Source: Octopus bimaculoides
Lineage: Eukaryota
Length of the DNA stretch: 64,000 nt
Assembly (NCBI RefSeq): GCF_001194135.2
Contig: NC_068982.1
Location: 188,418,611 to 188,482,610 of the forward strand
Direction of reading: 5' to 3'
Below, in pieces: positions 12,001 to 24,212 of this stretch (position 1 is the first letter of the stretch; each line of letters opens with the position of its first letter). Below the pieces are notes generated by a model that saw only the letters and a program-made list of their open reading frames with translations, had not been told where the DNA came from and ran no database searches. A program made the translations under genes and the position numbers.

Positions 12001-12662
12001 GATAACACTTCCGGTCAGTTAAGATCAGAAGCCATAAGGTGCCAAGCTGGCAGAACCATTAGCACACTAGGTGAAAAGCTTAGCAGTATTTCATCTGTTT
12101 TTATGTTCCGAGTTCAAATTCCACCAAGGTCGACTTTGGCTTTCATCCTTCCGGGGTCGATAAATTAAGTATCAGTTGCGTACTTGAGTCGATCTAATCG
12201 ACTGGACCCCCTCCCCCAAAATTTCGGGCCTTGTGCTTAGTGTAGAAAAGAAGATCAGAAGCCATGAGAGCCACTGCCTGGTATGGCAATCAAGGCATTA
12301 TTATTATTATTATATATTATTATTATTATTATTATTATATATGTTTCCGAGTGAAAAGCTCCAGTAATTTATTTATTTGATCTTTTGTGTGCCATAAGAG
12401 TCAAAAAGAGAATCCTGCCTGAGAGTGTGGCTTAAAGATATTTAGCTGCTACTTCTAACAGGTCGAACAACCACTTAGAAAATCCCTTGTTGTGTTTTTT
12501 GGGTTTTTTTTTTTTTTTACTTTGGAATAGAAGTTTAATGTAAGGGAAATAACTCTGTATAGCATGTTAGCAACTCGATAATTCCTTCGCTGCAAATAAA
12601 ATGAAATATAACAAAAATACAGGAGAGTATTGTAGTTCGCTTGAAGCATTGTGTATCGCTTG

Positions 12663-12989
12663 TAAAGAATAAAATGCTTTGAATGACACAACAATGCACT
12701 ATAATACAAAAAATGGACTATGAATAACTGTTGTAATTTAATCATCCATAGTTTGATACAATAATATTTTGGAATACAAAAATTCCTTCTTCAGATATTC
12801 CTAGGAATTGATGGAGTCGCTGCTAACCGATTCTAGCAGCGACTCCATCAATTCCTTGGAATATCTGAAGAAAGAATTTTTATATTCCGAAATATATCAG
12901 ACTATGAATGATTAAATTTCAACAGTTATTATAGTCCTTCGTTTGTATTATAATGCATTGTTGTGTCATTCAAAACATTTTATTCTTTA
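12663..12989. mobile_element. ~325-bp palindromic MITE-like element
   Basis: Arms are reverse complements around an 8-nt loop (12826-12833). Inner ~36-bp stem has one mismatch. Confidence 0.8.
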
Positions 12990-14851
12990 ATAACAAAAAT
13001 ATTTTTAATAATCGATGAGAATCGCGCAAAACAGCAGGAATCCAAACGATAATGTATTTATTCATTCTTAATTCTTTCTGGCAGGTTCGAACGTGAATCG
13101 CTGTTTGTTCGTCATTGGAAAACGTTTTCGTTCTTGAGACGATTTATATTTTCTCAACACACAGGATTCACCTGAATATTAAGAGGTTGTAGCATTAAGA
13201 AGCTCACTTTGCAACTGCTTGGCTTCGAGTTCAGTCCTAGCGCATGGTACCCTGGCCCTGGGCCATCAAAAACCTCCTAAATCGGATTAGTAGCTAGAAA
13301 ATGAAAGAGGCCCATTGTATTTATATATATGTGTGTATATCTGTGGTTTCCTTCTCTACNNNNNNNNNNNNNNNNNNNNNNNNNNNNNNNNNNNNNNNNN
13401 NNNNNNNNNNNNNNNNNNNNNNNNNNNNNNNNNNNNNNNNNNNNNNNNNNNNNNNNNNNNNNNNNNNNNNNNNNNNNNNNNNNNNNNNNNNNNNNNNNNN
13501 NNNNNNNNNNNNNNNNNNNNNNNNNNNNNNNNNNNNNNNNNNNNNNNNNNNNNNNNNNNNNNNNNNNNNNNNNNNNNNNNNNNNNNNNNNNNNNNNNNNN
13601 NNNNNNNNNNNNNNNNNNNNNNNNNNNNNNNNNNNNNNNNNNNNNNNNNNNNNNNNNNNNNNNNNNNNNNNNNNNNNNNNNNNNNNNNNNNNNNNNNNNN
13701 NNNNNNNNNNNNNNNNNNNNNNNNNNNNNNNNNNNNNNNNNNNNNNNNNNNNNNNNNNNNNNNNNNNNNNNNNNNNNNNNNNNNNNNNNNNNNNNNNNNN
13801 NNNNNNNNNNNNNNNNNNNNNNNNNNNNNNNNNNNNNNNNNNNNNNNNNNNNNNNNNNNNNNNNNNNGATGCTTTGTGCAGCTCCCTGGCTGGTCAGCTC
13901 CTATCAAACTGTCCACTCCATGCCAGAATAGAAAACGGACATTAAAAGATGGTGATGATGATGCTCTGCAGCTGTTTCCACAGTTCAAGAACAATCAGCA
14001 TCATCATCATCATCAATTAACATCCATTGTCCATGCTGGCATGGGTTGGACGGTTTGACCAGGGCTGGCAAGCTAGAAGGCTGCACCAGACTCCAATCTG
14101 ATTTGGCATGGTTTCTACAGCTGGATGCTCTTCCTAACACCAACCACTCCAAGAGTGTAATGGGTGCTTATATGTGCCACCAGCACAGGTGCCATTTGCC
14201 TGACACCAATATCTGCCACAACTGCAATGTTATTTGGCTTTATGTGTCTTCTCAAGCACGACATAGTGCCAAAGGTCTTGGTCATTGCCTCCATGTGGCG
14301 AATCATTCTGTGATTAATTTGAATAAGATGACTAAACCATTTCATCAGAAACTAACACTGAAATATTTCAATTTAGTTCTTGATGAAATACTTTATTTAT
14401 CTCATTTGAGTTAGGGTCATGACCCTCTTTGGTCATGAAGGACCATGGGATTGCACCTAGAAAGTTACCCTCCGAGGCACAAGTCTGGGCAAGGTTGTTT
14501 ATGCAAGACCAGCAGTCGCCCATGCATACCAGCCTCCTCTCTCCACACCACAAATGTTATCCAAGGCAAAGGCAAAGGGGCCGATACAGCTTGGCACCTG
14601 TAACGTCGCAACTCATTTCTACAGCTGAGTGAAGTGGAACAATGTGAAATAAAGTGTCTTGCTTGAGAACACAACACACAACTCAGTCCAGGAATCGAAC
14701 TCACTACCTCATGATTGTGAGCCCAATGCTGTAACCACTGAGCCATGGTACCTTCACTCATTCATGTTAATTTATTTTGTATCAAGCTTCATCATCATCA
14801 TCATTTAACATCTGCATTCCATGCTGGCATGGGTTAGACAGTTTGACTGCT

Positions 14852-14893
<42 letters not shown>

Positions 14894-16650
14894 TAAATGA
14901 TAAGCACAGGCTTAACTGTGTGATAAGAAGCTTGCTTACCAACCACATTGTTCTGGGTTCAGTCCCACTGCATGGCACCTTGGGCAAGTGTCTTCTACTA
15001 AAGCCTCGGGTTGACCAAAGCCTTCTGAGTGGATTTGGTAGACGGAAACTGAAAGAAGCCTGTCATATGTATATGTATGTATGTATGCATGCATGCTTGT
15101 ATGTATGTATTTGGGTGTCTGTGTTTGTCCCCTCACTATTGCTTGATATCCAATGCTGGTGTGTTTCCGTCCCTGTAACTTAGCAGTTCAGCAAAAGGGC
15201 CCAATAGAATAAGTACTAGGCTTACAAAGAATAAGTCCTAGCATCGATTTGTTCGACTAAAAGGCGCTGCTCCAGTATGGCCGCAGTCAAATGACTGAAA
15301 CAAGTAAAAGAATAATAATAATAATTATCAGCATAATGCTTATTATTATTATTATCATCATTATTATTATTATTATTATTATTTACAGAATCTTCAGTCA
15401 TCACTGCTTCATTTAGCACAGAATGACAATAATGGTTTCAAATTTTAACACGAGGCTGCCAGCAACTTCAGTGGCGGCATAAATCAATTACATCAACCTC
15501 CAGTACATAACTGGTACTTATTTTATCGACCCCGAACGAATGAAAGGCAAAGGTGACCCCAGCAGAGTTTGAACTCACAGCATAAAGACAGATAAAATGT
15601 CGCTAAGCATCTTGCCAGGTGCAGTAATGATTCTGCCAGCTTGATGCCCTTCTAGGTCCTAATGTCTATTTCTTCATTGCCCTCAAGGGGGCTAAACATA
15701 GAGGGGACAGACAAAGAGATTAAGTTGATTAGAACCACCCCAGTGCATAACTGGTACTTATTTAATCGACTCTGAAAGGATAAATGGCAAAGTCAACCTT
15801 GGCGGAATTTGAACTCAGAACATAACGGCAGACGAAATACTGCTTAGTATTTCGTCCAGCGCACTAACGTTTCTGCCAGCTCACCGCCTTAAGTCCCCAA
15901 TGTTGAGCAAGGGCTGCATCAAGCAGGGAATGCCCACATTAGCTTGATGATGATGATGATGATTATGATGGTGGAGGTCATTGCCAGTGATGCTGGACTG
16001 GCTCTTGTGCAGGTGGCACGTAAAATACACCATTTTGAGCGTGGCCGTTGCCAGTACCGCCTTACTGGCCCTCTTGCTGGTGGCACGTAAAAGCACCCTC
16101 TACACTCTCGGAGTGGTTGGCGTTAGGAAGGGCATCCAGCTGTAGAAACTCTGCCGAATCAGATTGGAGCCTGGTGTAACCATCTGGTCCACTAGTCCTC
16201 AATTAAATCGTCCAACTCATGCTAGCATGGAAAGCGGACGTTAAACGATGATGATGATGATGATGATGAGTGTGGTTAACGATGACGTCGGTGACGATTA
16301 CAAACGCTTATGAAGAATTCAAACAATGTTGAGTCAGCGTGAGAGCAACAAACCTGTCTAGGAATCTAAAGGAGTTCTCTTTTGTGCCATGACAAAGAGA
16401 AGGACTAACAGCACCCCACAACATTTTTCAGGATCTGAGTAGATTTGAACCAAATATTTCACTGGTTTTCATTTATTATCATCTACAAGGTGCAGCCATG
16501 GCTGTGTGGTGAGAAGCTTGCTTCCCAACCACATGGTTCCAGGTTCTCGTCCCACTGCATGGCACCTTGGGCAAGTGTCTTATACTACAGCCTCAGGCTG
16601 ACCAAAGCCTTATTAGTGGATTTGGTAGACAGAAATGGAAAGAAGCCCAT

Positions 16651-16687
<37 letters not shown>

Positions 16688-16884
16688 TCTTTTACTTGTT
16701 TAAGTCATTTGACTGCGGCCATGCTGCAGCACTGCCTTTAGTCAGACATATCAACCCCAGGACTTATTTTTTGTAAGCACAGTACTTATTCTTTTTGCCG
16801 AACTGCTAATTGACAGGGACGTAAACACACCAACATTGGTTGTCAAGCAATGGTGGGGAGACAAAAACAGACACACAAACATAG

Positions 16885-16960
<76 letters not shown>

Positions 16961-17141
16961 CAGGCTTCTTTCAGTTTCCGTCTACCAAATCCACTCACAA
17001 GGCTTTGGTCGGCTGAGAGGCTATAGTAGAAGACACTTGCCCAAGGCGCCACACAGTGAGACTGAACACAGAACCATGTGGTTGATAAGCAAACTTCTTA
17101 CCACACAACCACTCCTGCACCTATATATATATATATATATT

Positions 17142-17172
<31 letters not shown>

Positions 17173-18383
17173 ATTCATTTGACTAAAATCCTTCAAGGAA
17201 GTGCTCCAGCATGGCCATGGTCTGATGACTGAAACAAACAAAAGATATTCTGTGCCCTAAGGACAAAGAATATAAAATTTCCCTTGGCAGTATTTGAACT
17301 TAGAGACTACAGAGAGGAAACTAAACGCATTTAATTTGATAATCTGTATCAGCAGCCTCTACTGCTGTCAGAAACACACACACACACACACACACACATG
17401 TGCGTGTACATACACACAAATGCAGAAAGGCTATTTACATAATTATTATTGACCAAGTGACCTGATCTGCTTTTAATTTCCTTGGCCTAGTAAATTATTA
17501 AGAATGTAGGAAAGAGAATAATAGCATGTTGGATCAGCTTACCTCTCTATACAGGTATATCTACGTAATCTATCCATCCATATGGCTTCTCAACCCACCT
17601 CTCTCTCTCTCTCACTCTGTCTCTCTTTCTCTCTCTCTCTCACACACGCACTTTCTCTCTCTATATGTGTGTGTTTGTTGGCATGGTTACAAACACAGGT
17701 ATGGTTGTGTGGTAAGTAGCTTGCTTCCCAATCGTATGGTTCCAGGTTCTCATCCCACTGTGTGGCACCTTGGTCAAGTGTCTTCTACTATAGTCTCGGG
17801 CCAGCTAAAGCCTTATGAGTGGATTTAGTAGACAGAAACTGAAAGAAGCCCGTCATATATATATGTGCGTTTGTGTGTGTGTGTATGTGTTCCCTCCACT
17901 GCTTGTCAGCCAGTGATGGTGTTTTTACATCCCCATGACTTAGCAGTTTGGCAAAACAGACTGACAGAATATGTACCAGGCTTTAAAAAAGTGTCGGGGT
18001 CGATTTGCTCAACTAAAAATTCTTCAAGGCAGTACCCCAGCATGACCACAGACTAATGGCTCAAAACAAATNNNNNNNNNNNNNNNNNNNNNNNNNNNNN
18101 NNNNNNNNNNNNNNNNNNNNNNNNNNNNNNNNNNNNNNNNNNNNNNNNNNNNNNNNNNNNNNNNNNNNNNNNNNNNNNNNNNNNNNNNNNNNNNNNNNNN
18201 NNNNNNNNNNNNNNNNNNNNNNNNNNNNNNNNNNNNNNNNNNNNNNNNNNNNNNNNNNNNNNNNNNNNNNNNNNNNNNNNNNNNNNNNNNNNNNNNNNNN
18301 NNNNNNNNNNNNNNNNNNNNNNNNNNNNNNNNNNNNNNNNCAAACGTTTTAATGCCCTCTATTGCGATTTTGTTCCATTTTTA

Positions 18384-18429
<46 letters not shown>

Positions 18430-19169
18430 AACACATATACATACATACATACACACAAACCTCTGTTTAGTTTATTTAGCTCTCTGCTATCTAATTTATT
18501 ATTTATTATTGGTTGAGTTAATGTTGATATTAATTACTGACATTTTTACTATTGCAAGTCAACACTAGTTTGCATCATCATCATCTTCATCATCATCATC
18601 ACATCCATTTTTCTCCAGTCTAACAATGGCTGGGCAGCCCTTCCCCAACTCCTTACACATTGTCCTTTATCTTCTGATACACACAATTACAGAGATAGCA
18701 GGCCAACTGTTGTCATTATCATCATCATCATCATCATCATTTAACATCTGCTTTTCCATACCTGCATAGGTCGGACTAAAGTTGTTGGGATAGATTCTCA
18801 ACAGATGGATGCTCTCCCAGTCACCAACCATCACTTGTTTCCGAGTAATGTAATATTTCCCCACAACGGAGGGTTTGAAACAAGCAACAGTATAAGTAGT
18901 TTGGAGAAGATAGAGGGGGGTGTTCCGTAAGAGTGTTTGCGGAGATGTTTAGCGATGGGGAAGACACGGCTATAGCAAGTGATGCTGAGGGAAATTGGAG
19001 TGGCTGGGAGGTGGGAAAGGTGAGGAGATGTAAAGTGGATGGAAGGGGCCTGACGCAGGAAGATGGTGGGGGCATAACTGTAAAGGACACGCCTGTATGT
19101 GTTGATGGCCACAAGTTCCTTGATGCATCTTCTCAAGCACAGCATCCCCTGAAGTCTTGATCACTTGTC

Positions 19170-19450
19170 ATCTCCTTTATGAGGCTCAACATCAAAAGAT
19201 TATTTCTCACCACTTTGTCCCTCATCTTCCTGCTGCCATGCAGCATTGCTGTTCGTATACAGGCATCGTACATCTTGCCTTTCACTATGAGGGAGAAGCT
19301 CTTTGTTACCAACCTGTTCTTATTCTAACAGCTCTGCTTTCAGAACTGCCTCCTCCTCTGCTAACTTCATTGCCTAAGTAATGAAAGCTATCTGCTACTT
19401 CTAAAGATCTTCCTGGACATTTGAGGAAGTTTATGTTTTGTACCTCCACA
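19170..19450 (-). mobile_element. RTE LINE fragment
   Basis: Minus frame SLEVADSFHYLGNEVSRGGGSSESRAVRIRTGW, homologous to the copy at 52826-53206. Confidence 0.75.
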
Positions 19451-20594
19451 TCTGCCACACACAATGACTACCTTCTCTATTAGTCATCAAGGGTTCCAGT
19501 TGATCCGATCAATGGAACAGCCTGCTCATGAAATTAACATGCAAGTGGCTGAGCACTCCACAGACATGTGTACCCTTAACGTAGTTCTCGGGGATATTCA
19601 ACGTGACACAGAGTGTGACAAGGCTGGCCCCTTTGAATTACAGGTACAACAGAAACAGGAAGTAAGAGTGAGAGAAAGTTGTGGTGAAAGAGTACAGCAG
19701 GGTTCGTGGAACTTTGGAGCTTTGGGTGTTTTCGTTCANNNNNNNNNNNNNNNNNNNNNNNNNNNNNNNNNNNNNNNNNNNNNNNNNNNNNNNNNNNNNN
19801 NNNNNNNNNNNNNNNNNNNNNNNNNNNNNNNNNNNNNNNNNNNNNNNNNNNNNNNNNNNNNNNNNNNNNNNNNNNNNNNNNNNNNNNNNNNNNNNNNNNN
19901 NNNNNNNNNNNNNNNNNNNNNNNNNNNNNNNNNNNNNNNNNNNNNNNNNNNNNNNNNNNNNNNNNNNNNNNNNNNNNNNNNNNNNNNNNNNNNNNNNNNN
20001 NNNNNNNNNNNNNNNNNNNNNNNNNNNNNNNNNNNNNNNNNNNNNNNNNNNNNNNNNNNNNNNNNNNNNNNNNNNNNNNNNNNNNNNNNNNNNNNNNNNN
20101 NNNNNNNNNNNNNNNNNNNNNNNNNNNNNNNNNNNNNNNNNNNNNNNNNNNNNNNNNNNNNNNNNNNNNNNNNNNNNNNNNNNNNNNNNNNNNNNNNNNN
20201 NNNNNNNNNNNNNNNNNNNNNNNNNNNNNNNNNNNNNNNNNNNNNNNNNNNNNNNNNNNNNNNNNNNNNNNNNNNNNNNNNNNNNNNNNNNNNNNNNNNN
20301 NNNNNNNNNNNNNNNNNNNNNNNNNNNNNNNNNNNNNNNNNNNNNNNNNNNNNNNNNNNNNNNNNNNNNNNNNNNNNNNNNNNNNNNNNNNNNNNNNNNN
20401 NNNNNNNNNNNNNNNNNNNNNNNNNNNNNNNNNNNNNNNNNNATATATATGTGTATATATATACATATACATATATATATATATATCATCATCATCATCA
20501 TCATCATTGTTTAACGTCCGCTTTCCATGCTAGCATGGGTTGGACGATTTGACTGAGGACTGGTGGACCAGGAGGCGACACCAGGCTCCAATCT

Positions 20595-21207
20595 GCATAT
20601 ATTATGTCTGAGGAGAGTCACTCTCTTTTAGTGCCTTATTATTTAACACACTCACTGGTTCGATTTCCACTCATTTAGTTATTTTCTAAAATTTTTGTTG
20701 TGTCTTGCAATCTTTTCATTGATTATTGAAGAAGTTGCAAGACGCAACGAAAATTTTAGAAAAGAGTGGCTGTGTGGTAAGTAGCTTGCTTACCAACTAT
20801 ATGGTTATGGGTTCAGTCCCACTGCATGGCACCTTGGGCAAGTGTCTTCTACTATAGCCTCGGACCGACCAAAGCCTTTTGAGTGGATTTGGTAGACGGA
20901 AACTGAAAATAAGCCCATCATATGTGTGTGTGTGTTTGTCCCCCCAACATTGCTTGACAACTGATGTTTGTGTGCTTACGTCCCTGTAACTTAGCGGTTT
21001 GGCAAAGAGGCCGATAGAATAAGTACTAGACTTACAAAGTATGGGGTCAATTTATTCGACTAAGGTAGTGCTCCAGCATGGCCACAGTCAAATGACTGAA
21101 ACAAATAAAAGAATAAAAATTAAGTGAATGCAAACTAAACTGGTGAGTGTGTTAAATTATAAGGCACTAAAAGAGAATGACTCTCCCCAGACCACAACAG
21201 AATATGC
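20595..21207. mobile_element. Palindromic MITE-like element interrupted by a family A SINE in the right arm
   Basis: gcatatt...gagagtcactctcttttagtgcctta...aacacactcac mirrors gtgagtgtgtt...taaggcactaaaagagaatgactctcc...aatatgc. SINE occupies ~20766-21115. Confidence 0.75.
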
Positions 21208-21259
21208 TTCAATACACGAACTCACATAAAGAATCTTGAAAACCAAATCCATAAACGAA

Positions 21260-21307
<48 letters not shown>

Positions 21308-21389
21308 GAAATATAAAAGGAGCAACAATGCTGGAGAATCAGTATACACCATGTGGCAAAATTATGAAGTGAAAATATGTGGAAAACAT

Positions 21390-21609
21390 ATTACAAGGGG
21401 AAGAGAAATGCCTTCATTTCATATAGTTTTAATATCTTTTTATAAAAAAATTTAACATATTTTATGGATGGTAAAGATATTAAAACTATATGAAAGATAT
21501 CACTACATTTTATGAGGCTTTTACCATCCATAGAATATGTATATTTAAATTTTTTTATGGAAAGATATTAAAACTATATGAAATGGAGGCATTTCGCTTC
21601 CCCTTGTTA
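21390..21609. repeat. AT-rich ~220-bp inverted repeat
   Basis: caaggggaagagaaatgccttcatttcatatagttttaatatct... vs ...agatattaaaactatatgaaatggaggcatttcgcttccccttg. Confidence 0.8.
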
Positions 21610-22289
21610 TATATATATATGTGTATATATATATATACACACACACATACAAGCATAAATCATCATCATTTAACATCTGTTTTGCATGATGGCATGGGTT
21701 GGAGTGTTTGACAGGAGCTGGTAGTGCCAGAGGCTGTACCAGGCTCCAATTCTCTGTTTTGGCTTGGTTTCTACAGTTGGATATTCTTCCTAATACCAAC
21801 CACTTCACAGAGTGTACTGAGTGACTTTTACATGGCACCAGTACAGGTATATATATATATATATATATTCGAGCGAGATCGTTGCCAGTGCCCCTGGACT
21901 GGCTTGTGCGGGTGGCACATAAAAGACACCATTTCGAGCGTGGCCGTTTTCGTGCGGGTGACACGTAAAAGCACCCACNNNNNNNNNNNNNNNNNNNNNN
22001 NNNNNNNNNNNNNNNNNNNNNNNNNNNNNNNNNNNNNNNNNNNNNNNNNNNNNNNNNNNNNNNNNNNNNNNNNNNNNNNNNNNNNNNNNNNNNNNNNNNN
22101 NNNNNNNNNNNNNNNNNNNNNNNNNNNNNNNNNNNNNNNNNNNNNNNNNNNNNNNNNNNNNNNNNNNNNNNNNNNNNNNNNNNNNNNNNNNNNNNNNNNN
22201 NNNNNNNNNNNNNNNNNNNNNNNNNNNNNNNNNNNNNNNNNNNNNNNNNNNNNNNNNNNNNNNNNNNNNNNNNNNNNNNNNNNNNNNNN

Positions 22290-22321
<32 letters not shown>

Positions 22322-22999
22322 GGCAAATAAGAAAATGAAGAGGATACAAAATGACATCCATCATCCGATAGACAATTCCAGTGTGTCTATTTATTCCAAA
22401 GCATTAGAAAGTATTAGAAAAAAACATACACATGTAGTAAGTATGTGTTACACACACATGTATTAATATTACAGAAAAGAGCAAAAGATCAGTTCCTTAC
22501 GGCTGTTTCTGCCAAGAGGCAACAATATCCTCCATGCCATCTCCATCTCTTCAGTGTTCTGTAGGGATGGGCAGATACAGATTGGATGAATATTACACAT
22601 TAAATATTCTGACTTTATCAATAGAATGTTACTGAATGTATGCTGTTCATTATCAATTTCGTTAACTATTTTCATTAAATTTCTGTAAATATTTTTTATT
22701 AAAAAGTGATAATGTCACAAATGAATGAAGGACTTGTTTTTAATCAAAAAATCTTGAATTCAATTGTAATTTGTAAATTTTAATTTAGAAATTGACATGA
22801 TGGCTGGTTGTGTGGTAAGAAGCTTGCTTTCCAGCCACATGGTTCCTGGTTCAGTCCCACTGCATGGCACAGTGGGGTGCAAGTGTCTTCCACTATAGGC
22901 TGGGGCTGACCAAAACCTTGTGAGTGGATTTGGTAGACAGAAACAGAAAGGACCCATCATATGTGTGTGTGTGTGTCTTTGTTTATCACCAATCACTGC

Positions 23000-23290
23000 T
23001 TGACAACCAGGCTTTCTCCATGTCAACGAAAGCCAGGTACAGAGGTTTATCCTTGGCTAGGTATTTCTCCTGCAGCTGCCTTACCAGAAATATAGCATCA
23101 GTGGTGCTTTTCCCAGGCATGAACCCAAACTGCATCTCATCTAGACTGACCCGGTCCCTAAACTCTCATCTAAACTGACCCTCTCTATGACCTTCATCAC
23201 ATGATCCAGCAATTTGATATCCCTGTAGTTATTTCTATCTAAAGCATCATCTTTACCTTTGTAGCAGTTGACTATGGTGCTGCTACACCA
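23000..23290 (-). mobile_element. RTE LINE reverse-transcriptase fragment (frameshifted)
   Basis: NCYKGKDDALDRNNYRDIKLLDHVMKVIERV / SLDEMQFGFMPGKSTTDAIFLVRQLQEKYLAKDKPLYLAFVDMEKA. Confidence 0.9.
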
Positions 23291-24170
23291 GCCATTGTGT
23301 ATGACTCCTTCGTGAACTACCTGATTTACGAGTGGAGGTGCAATGGCCCAGTGGCTAGGGCAGCGGACTCGCAGTCATAGGATCATGGTTTCAATTCCCA
23401 GACTAGGCATTGCAAGTGTTTATTGAGCGAAAACACCTAAAGCTCCACGAGGCTCCCGCAGGGGATGGTGGCGAACCCTGTTGTACTCTTTCACTCTTTC
23501 TTCCTGTTTCTGCTGTACCTGCATTTCAAAGGGGTCAGCCTTGTCACACTCTGTATCATGCTGAATCTCCCCAAGAACTACGTTAAGGGAACACGTGTCT
23601 GTGGAGTGCTCAGGCACTTGCACGTTAATATCCCGAGCAGGCTGTTCCGTTGATCGGATCAACTGGAACCCTCGACATCATAGCCAATAGAAGGCCAATA
23701 GTAGTACCTGATTTACGATACGGGTGACTAGACCATAACACACACAACCAGATATGTTAAGCTGACTAGACCATTACGGTAAGGGTGTGTGAGTCTGCAG
23801 ATTCTCAGCCACTTGCACATTAATTTCATGAACGGATGAACTTTGACCCTCGTCATCATAAATGGTAGAATGCCAGCTTCACCTTGAATGCATTTAGATT
23901 TATGTATTCCTGAGTGTCTGTACACGTTTGCATACAAGTACACTTGTACAATAATCTTCTTCACCATCACCATCATCATCATCATTGTTGTCATCTGCGA
24001 AACATGTTCACCAAACTTGCATGACTATATCGATGAGGCAATTGTCTTTCTTGTAAGTCAGCTTAGCAAGAAAATCTGGTTTCATACACACAGACATACA
24101 CATATAGACATATACATACACACGTGGATATGTATATATCTACAAATGTATCTGTGTAATGTATGTTTAC

Positions 24171-24212
<42 letters not shown>

